A stretch of DNA of 64,000 nucleotides, taken from Callorhinchus milii. Lineage: Eukaryota. Below, in pieces: positions 39,951 through 53,888 of the stretch. Position 1 is the first letter of the stretch. Each line of letters opens with the position of its first letter. A program made the position numbers and the translations under genes. Below the pieces are notes generated by a model. It was not told the DNA's origin, made no database searches, and was given only the letters and a program-made list of their open reading frames with translations. The stretch lies in NCBI RefSeq assembly GCF_018977255.1, contig NW_024704743.1, positions 85,066,001-85,130,000 of the forward strand, given 5' to 3'.

Positions 39951-40516
39951 GTAACTGACAGCATGTTGCTCTTGATTCAGATGATGCCGCCCCATTGCAG
40001 GGTTTGAGAATGGCCGTGTTGGTAGTATGAGCAGGAGAGCAAGAGGTGATCAGTTGATTTGGGGCGAGGCAAGAACGCGGGCAGAACTGTGAGGGAGTGA
40101 GCCTGCTGAGAGAAGAGGGAGAAAATGGCATATAAAGTTCCTGCGAATTGATTGTGAGCTTTTTATGAAGTGGTTTTATAGGCACTTTTAATAGAGTGCT
40201 ATGTCAGATCTGGTTCCCACTCAAACGTTAGGAATACTGGCTTCCAAGATTTTACAGATCACGTTTCAGTTGTAATGTGCACCTTATTATAAGTATGGGT
40301 TTTAGATATCTGCTGAAAGTTGGGTTGTATAAACCCACTTCATTCTATGAGCTTACCCAATGTTTTGTCCTTGGGGTTTTGAAGTAAAAATAATCTTTCC
40401 TTTCTTTGATTGGGTGGAACATATTTTCTACCTATTCTTCCGCTCCCCTCCCCTTCCAAAAAATAACTAAACAGTAGATTATTTTAGAGTTTCACAAGGG
40501 ACTGTTATCAACAACT

Positions 40517-40833
40517 GGAAGTCCTGTAGCTCAGTGGTTAGAGCACTCGCTTTGCAAGTGAGAGACCTGAGTTCAATTCCAGGCAGGTCAGGGCGAAACC
40601 TTGGGCAAGTTTCCTTACTCCACACAGAGCCTAATAATAATCCCTCCAAAACCAAAAACAATAATAAATTGGTTATTTTCAATCTACGACTGTTTGTGGG
40701 ACATTGCTGTGCGCAATTAGCTGCTGCGTTCGCCCACAGATATACAGTCAATTCACTTGTATATTCTGTGAAGCGCTTTGGGACGTCTAGAAGATGTGAA
40801 AAGCGCTATATCAAATGCAAGGATTATTATTAT
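40517..40833 (+). mobile_element. tRNA-derived SINE (young short form)
   Basis: Near-identical to the 53027 copy in opposite orientation. Confidence 0.92.
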
Positions 40834-41802
40834 AGTATGTTCATTCACCACAATGAACGTTTTAAAAATTCAATTTCAATTTGTGGAAGAGGGAAGTGAA
40901 ATTGAAACCTTAGTGACTGTATTTAAAGCCTTTTAATATGTATTAATAAAAAACTATATGCAGTGAGTAACCTATATTTTCTTATTTGCAGAAAAACCCT
41001 AAACTTTCTCAGAACATATTTCACCGGATTAAATCTCTTTGAATGGACTCGCTTGTTAGCTTTTGCTCGGTTTCGGATACTCATTTTAATGTGTAGTTGG
41101 TTTGGGAGAGACCACATTCAGCAATTCCACATTACAAATTCAGCTATTGCTTTTATTACAGAAGAGCTCTATTATAGCGTTTCACAGGATTTACAAAGTA
41201 AAGTGTAGTGATTGTGTGTGTGTGTACAGGCAAAATGACAGTCAATTTGTGTATAGAAATGTCCCACAAACAGCCACAAAGTGAATGACCAATTTTATAT
41301 GGGGTTTGTTGACCAGGATGCTTGGAAAAACTCCCTTCTCTTTACAAATAGTGCCATGGTATCTTTACCATACATCTGAACAGGTAAACGGGGCATTGTT
41401 TGAACACACAGGCTTCTGACTTAAAGATGAGTGCTACCAACCGAGCCAGGCTAACGCCTTTTGTAAGGAAACTAGTGCAGTTCCTCTTTATCATTCAGTG
41501 TGAGATTTGCAGGATGCAAAACAAGTCACATGTCTGCCTGTCTTAGATTTACGGTTTTGCATGTTCGTAAAATTAGTCGGTGTCTTTATAATATTAGCTG
41601 TTTTTAGGGCAGGGAAGGAGAGTCTATTCCTTTATTGAGCACAAATATTTTGCTCCCTTGCATGCTTGAGAATTAATCATTCAGCACACAAGAAATCAAT
41701 TCTTAATTTAGATGAGAGCCTCTTTTTCCTGTGGATGTATAGTTTAGTACAGTTAATAATAATCCTTGCATTTGATATAGCGCCTTATCACGTCTTTGAG
41801 AC

Positions 41803-42248
41803 AACAAGAACAGCAAAATTACATTTATAGAGTGCCTTTCATGTTGGGAGGATGTCCCAAGGTGCTGGACAGTCAGGGATCAGGACCTGAGCATGGGGGA
41901 GGGGTGGGATAGGGTTGAGGGAAGGCAGAGAGGTGGGAGAGCGACCGAAGGCATGATCCAACAGGAGGGTCTTGAGACCGGCCTTGAAGGAGGCAAGGGA
42001 GGAAGCGAGGTGAAGGGACTGTGGGATGGAGTTTCAAAGTGTGGGGGCAGAGAGGCTGAAAGCTCAGCCACCAATGGTAGGGTAGGTCGAGTGGGAGATG
42101 TGAAGCAGGCCGGAGCCCGCTGAACGGAGGGAGCGGGCAGGTTGGTAGGGAGTCAGCAGGTCAGAGAGGTAGGAGGGGGCAAGGCCATTGGATGGCCTTG
42201 AAAGTGAGGATGAGGATCTTGAATTTGAAGAATCAAAAGGGTTGAGAA
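41803..42248 (-). mobile_element. L2 3' fragment inserted into a SINE tail
   Basis: L2 tail and GLAPSYLSDLLTPYQPARSLRS; flanked by tttgagac/ttcgagac. Confidence 0.85.
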
Positions 42249-42485
42249 TTCGAGACGTCTCAAAGAGCTTCACAGAATATACTGTAAAGTGAATTGAGTG
42301 TATATTTTGTGGGCGAAACGCAGCAGTTGTTAGCAAAGAGCTTAACAGTACACTTTAAAGTGCAGTGATTGGGTATTTGTAGGCAATGCAGCAGCCAATT
42401 TGCACACAACAATGTCTCACAGACAGCTATTAATTAAATGACCAGTTTATCTGGAGGATTATTGGCTCGGACACTGGGAGGAACT

Positions 42486-42605
42486 CAGTTCTGACGAAAG
42501 GTCATGGACCTGAAACGTCAATTTATCTTTCTGCGTGATCCCTGCTGCGTGTTTCCAGCGACATCTGGTTTTATACCAGATTTCCAGCATCTGCAGTACT
42601 TTCCC
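42486..42605 (+). mobile_element. Penelope-like terminal repeat with intact minimal hammerhead motif
   Basis: agtt CTGACGA a aggtc-atg-gacct GAAA CGTC aatt, then cagatttccagcatctgcagta. Confidence 0.7.
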
Positions 42606-44584
42606 TAGACTTTTAGCTCAACAATTGTACCCACAACCTTTTGATTCAGAGGCAACAAAGCCGGCCGACACCTAACACAATTACAATATTGGCAGCGACC
42701 TGTCAGATTTCTGAATGATTTAATACAGAAATATTTACAATCAAACGTTCAGTACTGAACTACTGTACGTTTGACTGACAGAATTGATTGAGGTTGGGAG
42801 GTGTGGGGAGGCAGAAGAGTAAAAGGCGATAAATGATGTGTCCTTAATTAAGTAATGAGCATCTGATTAAAAAAAGATGAAATCTTATAATTGTTTTTTT
42901 AATTACGTAACTAATGGCACCTGCAATTCACTATGTACACATACACTCCAATGCAGTGTTGGGGGAATCCTGAATTGTTGGAAGTTCCATCCTTCATATG
43001 AGATGTTAAACCGAAGTCTGTCTGTTCAGGTGGATGTTAAAGGTCCCGTTGCACTATTCAAAAGTCGAAGGGAGTTTCTCCTGGTGTCCTGGGAATTCCA
43101 AATCTCAAATCATTGGTCACTTGTTTTATGATCGTGAGAGCAAGATAACTAATGAAATTCTTGATGTCTTGAATTGCAGGACTTACATGCCTCTGATTTT
43201 ACTCTGAACTCTTAAGAGAGTCTGGAAGAAGCCAGTTCCACAGTTAACTATTTTCTGTGGTATATTTATCGTGCTTTTCTAAGAAAGGATTTTGCACAGA
43301 GTGCACTGGAATTTTGGCCTAATGAGTTTAGGCATTTCTTGATAATATCACTGATATTGTAACCATGTTCATCTTGTGCCCAAGTAATTGTTTTGTGAGT
43401 GCTTTTGGGTCTGTGTTGTTGTAAGTTGACTGGACAATTTATTGAATAAGAGCTGATCCTTTTGGCTCTAATATTGAACAATGTACATTACTGCCCTTTG
43501 GGGAATCCTGAAATACTGTTCCTGCTATTTGGGGGCCCCAAACTTTCTCACATTTGGAGGCTTAAGTCTTACAACTTAAGATTGTGTGCAATTTTGAAAT
43601 AGTTTTATTTCAGTCTGTTTTTTCCAACGCTCAATCATTATCTGTTCCTTTTGTGCAAAAAAAATCTTCCCCATTGATTCTTTTTATCTTAAATTTTAGG
43701 CTCTATTCATTGGCGGAAATAATTGGTTAATTGACACATCGCTCTCCATGTCAAATGGTGTGAGCAGTAATAAATAAGACATAGGATACTGGGCTATATT
43801 GCCAAATCAATTGAGTTCAGAATCCCTGAAATCATTCTTAAGCTGTACTTACTGTAGCTATATTGTACTGCATAAACCTCTGGTCTCTGGATATTTTCAT
43901 TCAAACCTCATTGTGATTACCGTTTATCATCCCTTAACCTTCTTAGCTCCTGGGGAATCTTTCCAAATTTTGTAGGTTTTCATTCTGTTTACAGGTTTCC
44001 TTCAGTACTCAAAACTATACACAATACTCTTGAGTCTTGTCCACTTTTTAATTCATAGTGCCTTTTAAAATACATTTTTTTAAAATCTTTTCTTAACTTG
44101 ACCTGAACACTGGTAACTTTACTACTCTTTGCTGCTGTTTTTCTGTTGGTGTGAGTGGTAGAGTCTGCTCTGTTGTAATGGTAATGATGGTTGTCTGAAA
44201 GCTTTTTTCCAAACCAGTCTTGTAGCTCTAAGCACTTTAATTGCATTATATTAGGGATCCTCAGTTTCCTCACTCATCTCTGCAATGTGAATTAATCTTC
44301 ATGTTCTGTAAGTTTCACTTCTGCTTCTCTTTGTTTGATGATCTCAATGCTGTGAATCCTTTCTCCTGGTAATAGTATGCAGCTAGTTATTTTCAGTCAC
44401 AATGTTTTGCCGCAGAAAGATGATTTTTACAACATCAGCTATAATGGGAGGTTGTGGTGTAATGGACCAAATGGCCTTTTGCATCCAAACCTGTATTTGA
44501 CCTTCCCTTACACAAAGTGTCATTTCTGCATTGTACGAGCATTTACCTTTATTTGTATTTTTTCAATAAAACAGGTTGACATTA

Positions 44585-44975
44585 CAACAACAAATTACGT
44601 TTGTGTAGCGCCTTTCGCATCAGGAGGACGTCCCAATGCTCTGGATAGGCAGGGATCTGCACCCGAGCTGGTGATTGGGATCAGGGCCGGGTAGATGTAG
44701 AAGGGTGGCCGAAGGCACGGTCGAAAAGGAGGGTCTTGAAATGGGTCTTGAAGGAGGCAAGGGAGGGGGTGAGCCAGAGGAATTGTGGGATAGATTCGAG
44801 AGGGTGGGGGCAGAGAGGCTGAAGGCTTGCCCGCCAATGGTGGAGCAGGCAAGACCAGGGGGACATGAAGCAGGCAGGAGCCCGCTGAGCGGAGGGAGTG
44901 GACAGGTTGGTAGGGGGTTAGGAGGTCACAGAGGTAAGGGTGAGCAAGGCCATGGAGGGCTTTGAAGATGAGCAC
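44585..44975 (-). mobile_element. L2 3' fragment
   Basis: FKALHGLAHPYLCDLLTPYQPVHSLRS and L2 tail. Confidence 0.85.
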
Positions 44976-45500
44976 CAGATCTGGTGAGTTTGTGATCGGA
45001 CATCTCTGACTTATTACTTGAAAACAAATCCTCCTATTTTCCCAAAAAGCATGGGCAAAAAGTGAACCTGTCTAATGCTTGAATTATTTGTACGAAAGCT
45101 CTGAACCTATGCTTCCTCAGGCTCAGCTGAGTTGGTTCAATAAAACTTGCATAAGTCAGATGTGTATAAATCTTATAATTGCCTAAGTCGTACATCTGCC
45201 GAAGTCCTGTTGAATTTCCCATAACTTATGCAAGTTTCACATAACTCATACTTTGCATAAGTCATATAAAATGTATGGTCCCAATTGATACAACTTATAC
45301 TTTTTACTGTAGCGCACTTGCCTCTGAGTCAGGTTATAGTTTCAAGCCCCACCCACATAGGAACTTTGAGCTCATCGTCTCTGTACTATCACTTCAATTA
45401 AATCTTGGAAATGCTGCATTATCAGAGATGCCATCCTTCAGATGAGACATTAAACTGAGTTCCCAACTGCCTTTTCAGGCAGACAATAAAGATGCCATTT

Positions 45501-45827
45501 AATAATAATAATAATAATCCTTGCATTTGGTATAGCGCTTTTCACGTCGGGAGGACGTCCCAAAGCGCTTCACAGAACACACTGTAAAGTGAATTGACTG
45601 TATATTTGTGGGCGAACGCGGCAGCCAATTGCGCACAGCAATGTCCCACAAACAGTCGTAGATTGAAAATGACCAATTTAATTATTGTTTTTGGTTTTGG
45701 AGGGATTATTATTAGGCTCTGTGTGGAGTAAGGAAACTTGCCCAAGGTTTCGCCCTCTGCCTGGAATTGAACTCAGGTCTCTCGCTTGCAAAGCGAGTGC
45801 TCTAACCACTGAGCTACAGGACTCCAC
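45501..45827 (-). mobile_element. tRNA-derived SINE (young short form) inserted in a Deu-SINE
   Basis: Full length; flanks join into one Deu-domain SINE (~45310-46030). Confidence 0.92.
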
Positions 45828-46041
45828 AAAGTCACTGTTCGCAAAGACAAGGGAATTTTTCCCAGTGTCCTGGTTAACAATCCCCAAGATAAAATTGGTT
45901 ATTCATTGCATGGCTATTTATGGGATATTGTTGTGTGCAAATTGCCCACAAAATACACCACAGTCATACCCTTTAAAGTATATCCTGTGATGTGCTTTCA
46001 GACGTCTCGATGGCGTGATAAAGTGTTATATCCTGTAGAGT

Positions 46042-46375
46042 GTGGGGTCCTTGTAGCTCAGTGGTTAGAGCACTCACCTCACAAACGAAAGACCTGGGTT
46101 TGATTCCTGGCAGGGCGAAACGTTGGGCAAGTTTCCTTACTGCACAGGCCTCTGTTTACCTGGCAGTAAGTAGGACCCCAGTTGTTAGTTGATTGGCATA
46201 TTGCTTTTCCCGGGTTACTCCCTTCAAAAAAAAAATCCCCAAAATAATAAATTGGTCACTTCAATCTGCAACTGTTTTTAGGACACTGCTGTGCACAATT
46301 GGCTGCTACGTTTCAATGTGCTTTGAGACGCCTCAAGGATGTGATGAGGCGCTATATCAAATGCAAGTATTATTC
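46042..46375 (+). mobile_element. tRNA-derived SINE (long form)
   Basis: Match to the 8250 copy with a 3' internal deletion. Confidence 0.88.
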
Positions 46376-49300
46376 TGTCATTGAGGAGGTGGCTTTTGGC
46401 ACTTCCCATTTATTGTGGACTGTGATCGCTCGCTCAAGAGTGGATACTTAAGAGGTCTGTACGTGGGGTGGTATGAACTATGGGTATACAAAAGAGGGAT
46501 GCAGAGAGCAAGATGTTAAAGGCTTTCTTATGCCTTGCTGCAAAGTGCGCAGTTGTGAACAGAATGTGGTTCAGTAGCAATTTTCTTTAGTTTACCACCG
46601 CCCTGTCAGCAGAAATATGGTAATTGTTTAAGAGGGCAGCAGCTCTTGCTGCGGTTTCAAATGAAATGAGCATTTCCTGTGGTTTTGCATATGACTAAAA
46701 AAGCCTCCCAACTTCTTATCCTCAGATTGTTTTAGTTTGTGTTTGATATTTTGTGGTACTGCAGAATTGCCCCTGTGTCCACTGCAAGGTAGAATGCTCA
46801 GCATTTGGCAAACACTGCAGGTGTGAAACCTCGCTTATGCTGCTCTGTAGGTTTCTGCCTGTGTAACTACTGCAATTTAACTGCGGCTTAAGGAAATATG
46901 GCCAGGATTCTAGGATTTATTGCTTGGCCTCCAATAAACCCCACCATCTGTCTTCCTATGATGTCCCCACATTCGAGCAACTTGTTGTTATTTGATTTAA
47001 TAATTACATTTGGAAGAAAGGAGATGTTTGCTGATTTCCTTCTGTCTGTTTCCCCAACCACAATAAGCTGTAAACCTAAGGTAAATGAGGGTGAAAATAT
47101 AAAAGAAAAGAGATTTATTTAATATAAGCCTATTGGATCTCAGACTGGATGTGTACTTGTGCACCTGTGGAATATAGTGACGACAGTACATTCCATTTTA
47201 AAGAGCACATAAATTCAAATTGATTTTTTTGGAAAGTTTTAATAAGCTTTCAATGAATTCAGCATTGTATGAATCCATTTAGTTCCACCACCTGCTGCTC
47301 TTAGTCTAAGATTGGTGACTCCAGTGTGCAGTGTTAAGTATAGTAATGGCATTTTTATAATCCTGTGGCTTGATAGTGCATGCAGACTTCTAGATGTCAG
47401 AGAAGCAGCACTCAATGTGTTACTGTGCTGCATAAAATCAACTCATTGAAACTGTAGAATGGCATAACATATATTAAAATGATTCCATTACAAATCGCCA
47501 CAACAATAAGATGGGAAGCTACAAGTGTTAATTGCATTATTTCAGATGCAGAGCCAATGTCAATCTGTAGGTATGAACCTGCAATAATGCATTATTATTC
47601 AGAGTTTGAACTCATTTTCAGTCACACTTCATATTTTCAGGTACTGTGGCAGTCTGGCAGCTGGAGGAAGGCAGTGAAGAGTAGTTTATGAGGCGAGAGG
47701 TATAAAGTGCAGTGCTGGGAAGGACACTCTGAATAGGACTTTGTTTAGGAATTTTCAAACCTGAAACTCTTCACTTCTATTCCCTCTACCCCACCATCAA
47801 CACCCAGCTTAGTCTGCAGCCACACGCCAAGATTCAATACCATCCATCTCTGTCTGCAATGCTATCCAACTGCACAAAGCTGTCAATACTGTAGGCTTTT
47901 TGCATGAGTGTCTCTGGTCTCATGTAGAACATAGCAACATATCTAGTGGCCAGTGTTTAAGTAAACAAATTAATTAGCAAAGCCTGACCTTTTATTACAA
48001 CACTGCCAAAGAAACATATGAGCTGATTCACCCATCCAACCAGCGTTCTGATCCTGGCTTCTATCATGATTGTTGCTTCATTGTTTTTTGCAAAATTGCT
48101 GGCTGTTATACCAGTTTTTTAACATCACAGTTTATAATAATGATCACTTCATTTGGGATGGTCTCTATAATGATAGTGTCTCAAAGTGCTTTATGGGTTA
48201 CACCGTCAAGTCCCTACTTTCAGGCAAACGTTCTAGATCCCACAAACTAACAATTTATCTGGAGGATTGTTGGGCAGGACGTGGACAAACTCCTTTCACT
48301 CGCAGTATTAGCTGGTTAGACTCCAGCCGTACCCCCACCACACACTCTGAGATCCCCAAGCCTTGGCTCTTGCCAGCCGTTGCCTCATACTTATATGAAT
48401 TAGGTGAGGTATCCGTTCCTCCAGTGAGAGAATGTGCATTCCATTCCAATATACGTGAATTTCCATGCATAGGTGGGATGTATCACTCCGTTTGGTTTGG
48501 ATACTCTTAAGTTTGGTGATGGGTGTGTGTCAGACACCTGTTCTGTCTGACCAAAACAATCAAATGCTTTGAGCCCACAAACTCCTGACCCAGAGGTGAG
48601 AGTGCTACCAATTGAGCCAAACTGACACCTATGGAGATTTCCTGTCATGACTTCTTACAAAATCAAATTCCAAGATGTTTAATGGTTCAGGAATGTTGCC
48701 TGGGAAGTCCAGTTACTATTATAATTGCCTTTGATTTTTTTAAAAATCATGTGATAAACCATTACACACAATTTAAATATTGAAGAATTTAAATTTGATA
48801 GAGGTGACTGATGGATGCTTTCCACATCAATGTGAAGCCCCACATTCACTCCAAGCTGACACTCCAATGTATTGCTGGCGGTGGGGAGCGGGGGTGTTGT
48901 TGAATGTGCCGTCCTTCGGATGAGACACTAAACTATCCCTTCTGCCTTTTCAAGTGGATGTAAATATTCCATGGCACTATTTGAAAAGAGAAGGGAGATT
49001 CTGGCCAATAATTCCCTAAATAAAGCTTGGCTGTTTGCCTCATGGCTGTTTGTGCGATATTGCCATGTGCAAATTGGCTGTTGCATTTGCCCACAAATAC
49101 ACAGTCATTCCACTTCACATTCCGCTTCCTGTGAAGCGCTTTGGGATACCCTAGAAACGTCATCATCGAAGACATGATGCCAAATGCAAGTTTTATTTTA
49201 TTATGTTTTTTTTTACAGAGAGTGCAATATGGTTTGTCTACAAATACACAATTGCTCCACTTTGCAGGAAATCCTGTGAAACATTTTGAGGCATCCTCCC

Positions 49301-49680
49301 AACTTGAAAGGCGCTCTATAAATGCAATCTTGTTGTTGATAGGCATTTTATCAAATGCAAAGATTATTATTATGATACATTGATTATTGATCCGGAAGTA
49401 CATCCACTCCCTAATCATAAAGCAACAACTTGCATTTTACGTAGCCATTTGCAGACAATAACACCTTGAATCACTTAACACTTGAGAAGTTGATATGAAA
49501 AGGCATATGGGCTTTACAAAGGCTGAGACGAGCTGGATAATCCCACCAATTTCTTCTTCTGTTTTCACAAGTTGTTATATGATGTGGTTTTTATTCCTGC
49601 TGAAGAATCATTTTCTTTCTAAATGCAGTCCATTTTGCATGTATATGTGCTAATAGTTTGTCTTCTTTTGCTTTGTGTAG

Positions 49681-49764
49681 AGGTGTACTTGTCCGACTCG
49701 AAGGATGCAACCATCCTATTGTTATGAAAGGCCTCTGTGCAGAATGCGGTCAGGACCTGACACA
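49681..49764 (+). CDS. CTDP1: CTDP1 coding exon 2 (84 bp)
   Basis: Pyrimidine tract + TGTAG acceptor; (G)GVLVRLEGCNHPIVMKGLCAECGQDLT(Q); donor CA|GTAAGT. Confidence 0.97.
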
Positions 49765-50655
49765 GTAAGTTTACTTCTGTGGTTTCTCAATGTGTTTTAC
49801 AATGTATGAAGGAGCAGTACAAAACAGCAAATGTATTGTTTTCGAAGGAAGGATTCATTCATAGCTTGTAATTCAGAATGATCTTATATTTCATGAATTG
49901 AATTGAGGGGAAAAAGGCTAGAGTGTTATTCGGCATTAGACGATAATAAAATGAGGAGAAATATCAAAGGGAGTGGCATTTACTACGTTATGAGAACCTT
50001 TTAGTGTTGTATTCAGAGTAGCTTTATGCAATAACTCATTTATTTACAATACAGGCATTCCTTTTATGTAGGTTCATGCTAACAAACCAGGACATCCCAT
50101 AAGGGAATAAACTGAGGTAATGAGTCAACATATGTTTCAGAAACCCACAAAGAGCAACAATGAAAATTAAAACTTAAAAGTTTGGATGATGTGGGGGGAA
50201 TGAGCAGGGACTGTAGCACATAGTGCATGGAGTTAGTTTTTCTCAAATAGGACAGCAGTGCAGGAAGCTTAGTTCCCCAAGCTAGTGAAAGAGGGAAAAA
50301 ACCTTGCTCTGATTCAGGTCTGTTGGCCCCCATGGGACATTGTATTGGGGTAGATGTAAATTGAGGGTTTAGATTTAGCTGAGCAACGAGTTTCCTTCAA
50401 GGTTTAATAGCTGGTTAGTACTCACTCAGGATTCACACATGATGCCAAGACTCGTGGATGAATAATGAATACTTCAGTAAGGTGCTTAAGGGCTGCTGGC
50501 AACTACAGTAACTCAGTGTGAGTTGCCGACATTGGAGAGAAAAGAACTGGGGGAAAAAATGGTTGTTTAAAATACGGACTTTATTGTTGTTCCACAATGA
50601 TTAATTCAGTGTTTGAAAGTGCTCCTGCTTTTTTCTCAAAACTTTTCTTTTACAG

Positions 50656-50749
50656 ATTACAGAAGAGGAATGGAAAGCAACAGATCCCGTTTTCCACCGC
50701 AACGGTGTCTATGATTCACAGCGTTCCAGAGCTGATGGTTAGCTCCGAA
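50656..50749 (+). CDS. CTDP1: CTDP1 coding exon 3 (94 bp)
   Basis: ttttcttttacag acceptor; LQKRNGKQQIPFSTATVSMIHSVPELMVSSE; donor GAA|GTAAGT. Confidence 0.97.
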
Positions 50750-53026
50750 GTAAGTGGTTACATGAGGCAAAATACCTTCTTCGGTTAACAAGTTTCGGGT
50801 ATTTGTACAATCTTAGTGTAAAATGAGTCCTCTTTCTCCTCACCCCAAACCCCTCCAGATGTATTCTAGATGTGATTGTACTTTCACCTGTTTGCTTTTA
50901 CTGGGATTATGAATCCAGTAGGTAACACTCTTTTTCTGAATTAGTCTGACTTCATGATACCTTGGCTTTTCATTTTTGCAAAAAATAAGAGACTAATGCT
51001 GTATTTTTTTTTTGAAAAAGCCTGAAGAACTGAAAAGCAAAATGCATATACTTAATGGTACAAAATCATGTAAAACTGGTTGTGCAATCTGCTCAGACCC
51101 GCTTTGAGTATTAGATGTCCTTTGACTGCAATTATGAATGGCTCTCATCAGTCATTTTGAAAAAATGTTAAATAATATTGGAGAAGAATGTGCCCTTTGC
51201 AAAGAATTCTGTAATCCAGTTTACAATCTTGATTGTGGACTTTATTGAGGTTTCACATGGTCCTGAGTTTTGACCTTTTCAGAACTGTAATAAGTGGTTC
51301 TGATGGAAAAAAGATTGGAAGCTGATTTGGTGCTCTTAATTTCTCCCACTTGTACTGTTTATTTTCCCTGTCACATTTCAGTCAGTTTGGATTGTTTATT
51401 TTTCGTTCCCCGGTGTCACACAGTGACACAGTAAAAATTTGATGTTTCTTTGGCAAAGAAATCAAACGAAAATCAAATGAGGGGTATGAAAGAGTCGTGG
51501 ATGATTTGTTTGTTTAGTTTGGCACTGGCAAATTGACATCAAAAATAATTTCCATGTTTGCGTGCTCCTATGCTCTATGCTTACATATTATAATAAGAAT
51601 ATTGCTTTATTGATAGTAATCTGTTGCTCAAAGAACACCAGGATGGTACATCATTAGTAATATGAAATTTTGCATTTGACTTCAGAAGACATCTTAAAAT
51701 ATATCACAGAATTTATAACAGTACAATACAAATTTACATTTATATAGCACTTTCACGTAGGGAGGTCGTACCATAGAGCTTAACAGCACGAGCTGTCTTA
51801 ACAGTTAAGGGTGGGAACTGAGGGGTATGGGAAGAGGAAAGATGACCAGAGAGAGTGTTCAAAGATGTGCATCTTGAGATGGACTGGGACCGTTCTTCAT
51901 CTCTAAACATAAACCCTTGATTATCACTCAGTGTACTAGGTGACCTGTTTCAGTCCTATCTCTGTACAGGCAAGTTCCCTCTTCTTGTGAAACTTCACTG
52001 AGATTTACATAATACCAGATAATCCCACTTGTATTGTAGTGTTACAATGGGATGCTATCATCAGTGTCATTCGTTCTAACAGACGACTGACTCCAGCAGT
52101 AACCTGCTTGTGTATTCCTCCCTCCTTTAAGAATTTACAGAGACTCGAGAAGCACTATATAGAAAAACACAGTACTTTATTCGTCCTAAACAGCCCAATG
52201 ACTCACTTACACTAACCACAAGTATTTATAAACAGGCGCAATGTTGCATGAACTGGAAAAAACCCTGACACTATGAACTAGCAGCACTTAAATAGTAATA
52301 AAGAAAAAACAATCTTGACCTGGAGTAACACTCCCAAATCAGGCACATATCTACTTGGTGATACATGAGGCTAATGACCTCGAGTCTATTCAGCCCCCAT
52401 CTTTTATAGAAATTGAACTCCTCCCATATCAAATGATATCTTTTAGATACTTTTTCCCACTCTTGGGGTATCTGTCCCCTTCGAGGACTCATGTGGTCCT
52501 TTTTCCTGCCAAATTGTATCAACAACGACTTTGTGTCGGCAAGGCTGTCCTTACCGCTTCAAAATTATAATACGATCTGTAGATCATAAAGTGTTTCAAG
52601 GCATATGCGTTTTACTACACACAGATCTTATTTACATACTCACTATCTATGTTTTATGCATAAAGATGGAGATAAAGTGCAAAATAGAACTGGATGACTG
52701 TGACAGGAGCTTGATGAGGTCAGGGAACGAGCGAGTCAGAAGAACTCTGGAATGGAGTTCCAGAGAGTTTGCCCATCGATAGTGAAGGGCTAAGGGATAT
52801 GTTTCTTGCTCAGCGAAGGGAGCAACTGGGTCAGTAGGCTTTGAGGAGGTCGCACTTGAGTATGAAGTGTAGAGACTATGTATTTTGTAGGTGAATGCAG
52901 CAGCCAATTGGTGCACAGCAATGTATTACAAAGATGCATAGCAATGTACTATAAATTGAACAACTAATTTAATTTAGGAATTTTTGACCAGGACACTGGG
53001 AAACCCGGGAAAACAAAGAACCAAGG

Positions 53027-53359
53027 AATAATAATAATAATCATAATCCTTGCATTTGATATAGCGCTTTTCACGTCGGGACGACGTCCCAAAGCGCTTC
53101 ACAGAACACACTGTAAAGTGAATTGACTGTATATTTGTGGGCGAACGCGGCAGCCAATTGCGCACAGCAATGTCCCACAAACAGTCTTAGATTGAAAATG
53201 ACCAATTTATTATTGTTTTTGGTTTTTGGAGGGATTATTATTAGGCTCTGTGTGGAGTAAGGAAACTTGCCCAAGGTTTCGCCCTGACCTGCCGGGGATT
53301 GAACTCAGGTCTCTCGCTTGCAAAGCGAGTGCTCTAACCACTGAGCTACAGGACTCCAC
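53027..53359 (-). mobile_element. tRNA-derived SINE (young short form) inserted in a Deu-SINE
   Basis: Full length, CpGs retained. Confidence 0.92.
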
Positions 53360-53888
53360 AAATCTTTAACGTTGACCTGAACAGCCAGATGGGTCCTTGG
53401 TTTAACATCTCATCTATTGCAGGATTGTAGATATCCTGTAGATAAGTGGATGAGAGCTAGTTTTGCATATGAACTTCGTAGCTTAGATGACGGTCGGTGA
53501 AGAGACGTTTGAAAGCCTGAGATCCAAATTTTTCTATAATCTTAGCATTTAAGATGATATTCTTTATGTTTGAAAACATGCAGAATTTTGGAACGTTTTA
53601 ATTGCAGATTTCATTTTTAAGAAAATTAAGACTGAATTTAAGAATTTTTGAAAATTTTGCACCATCTTAAATGTTTAAGATTTTATACGTTTTAGACTTG
53701 AAGTTTTTTTTAAAAAAGTGCCTAAAAGTATTTTAGATCTGACTTCTTGCCTCCTCCGTGTCTGAGAAGGAAACGCAGCACAGGCCGTGAATAAAGCAAG
53801 GGAGGAATGAAAATATTATGAATGTTAGTACTTCTGTTTATAAAATGTAAAGTGACATAAAAATGTCTTCTTTTCCCCGTACACACAG

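Noticed and set aside
40534..40899. Recurrent ORF family MVRALALQVRDLSSIPG...
   Set aside because: Incidental translations of SINE copies.
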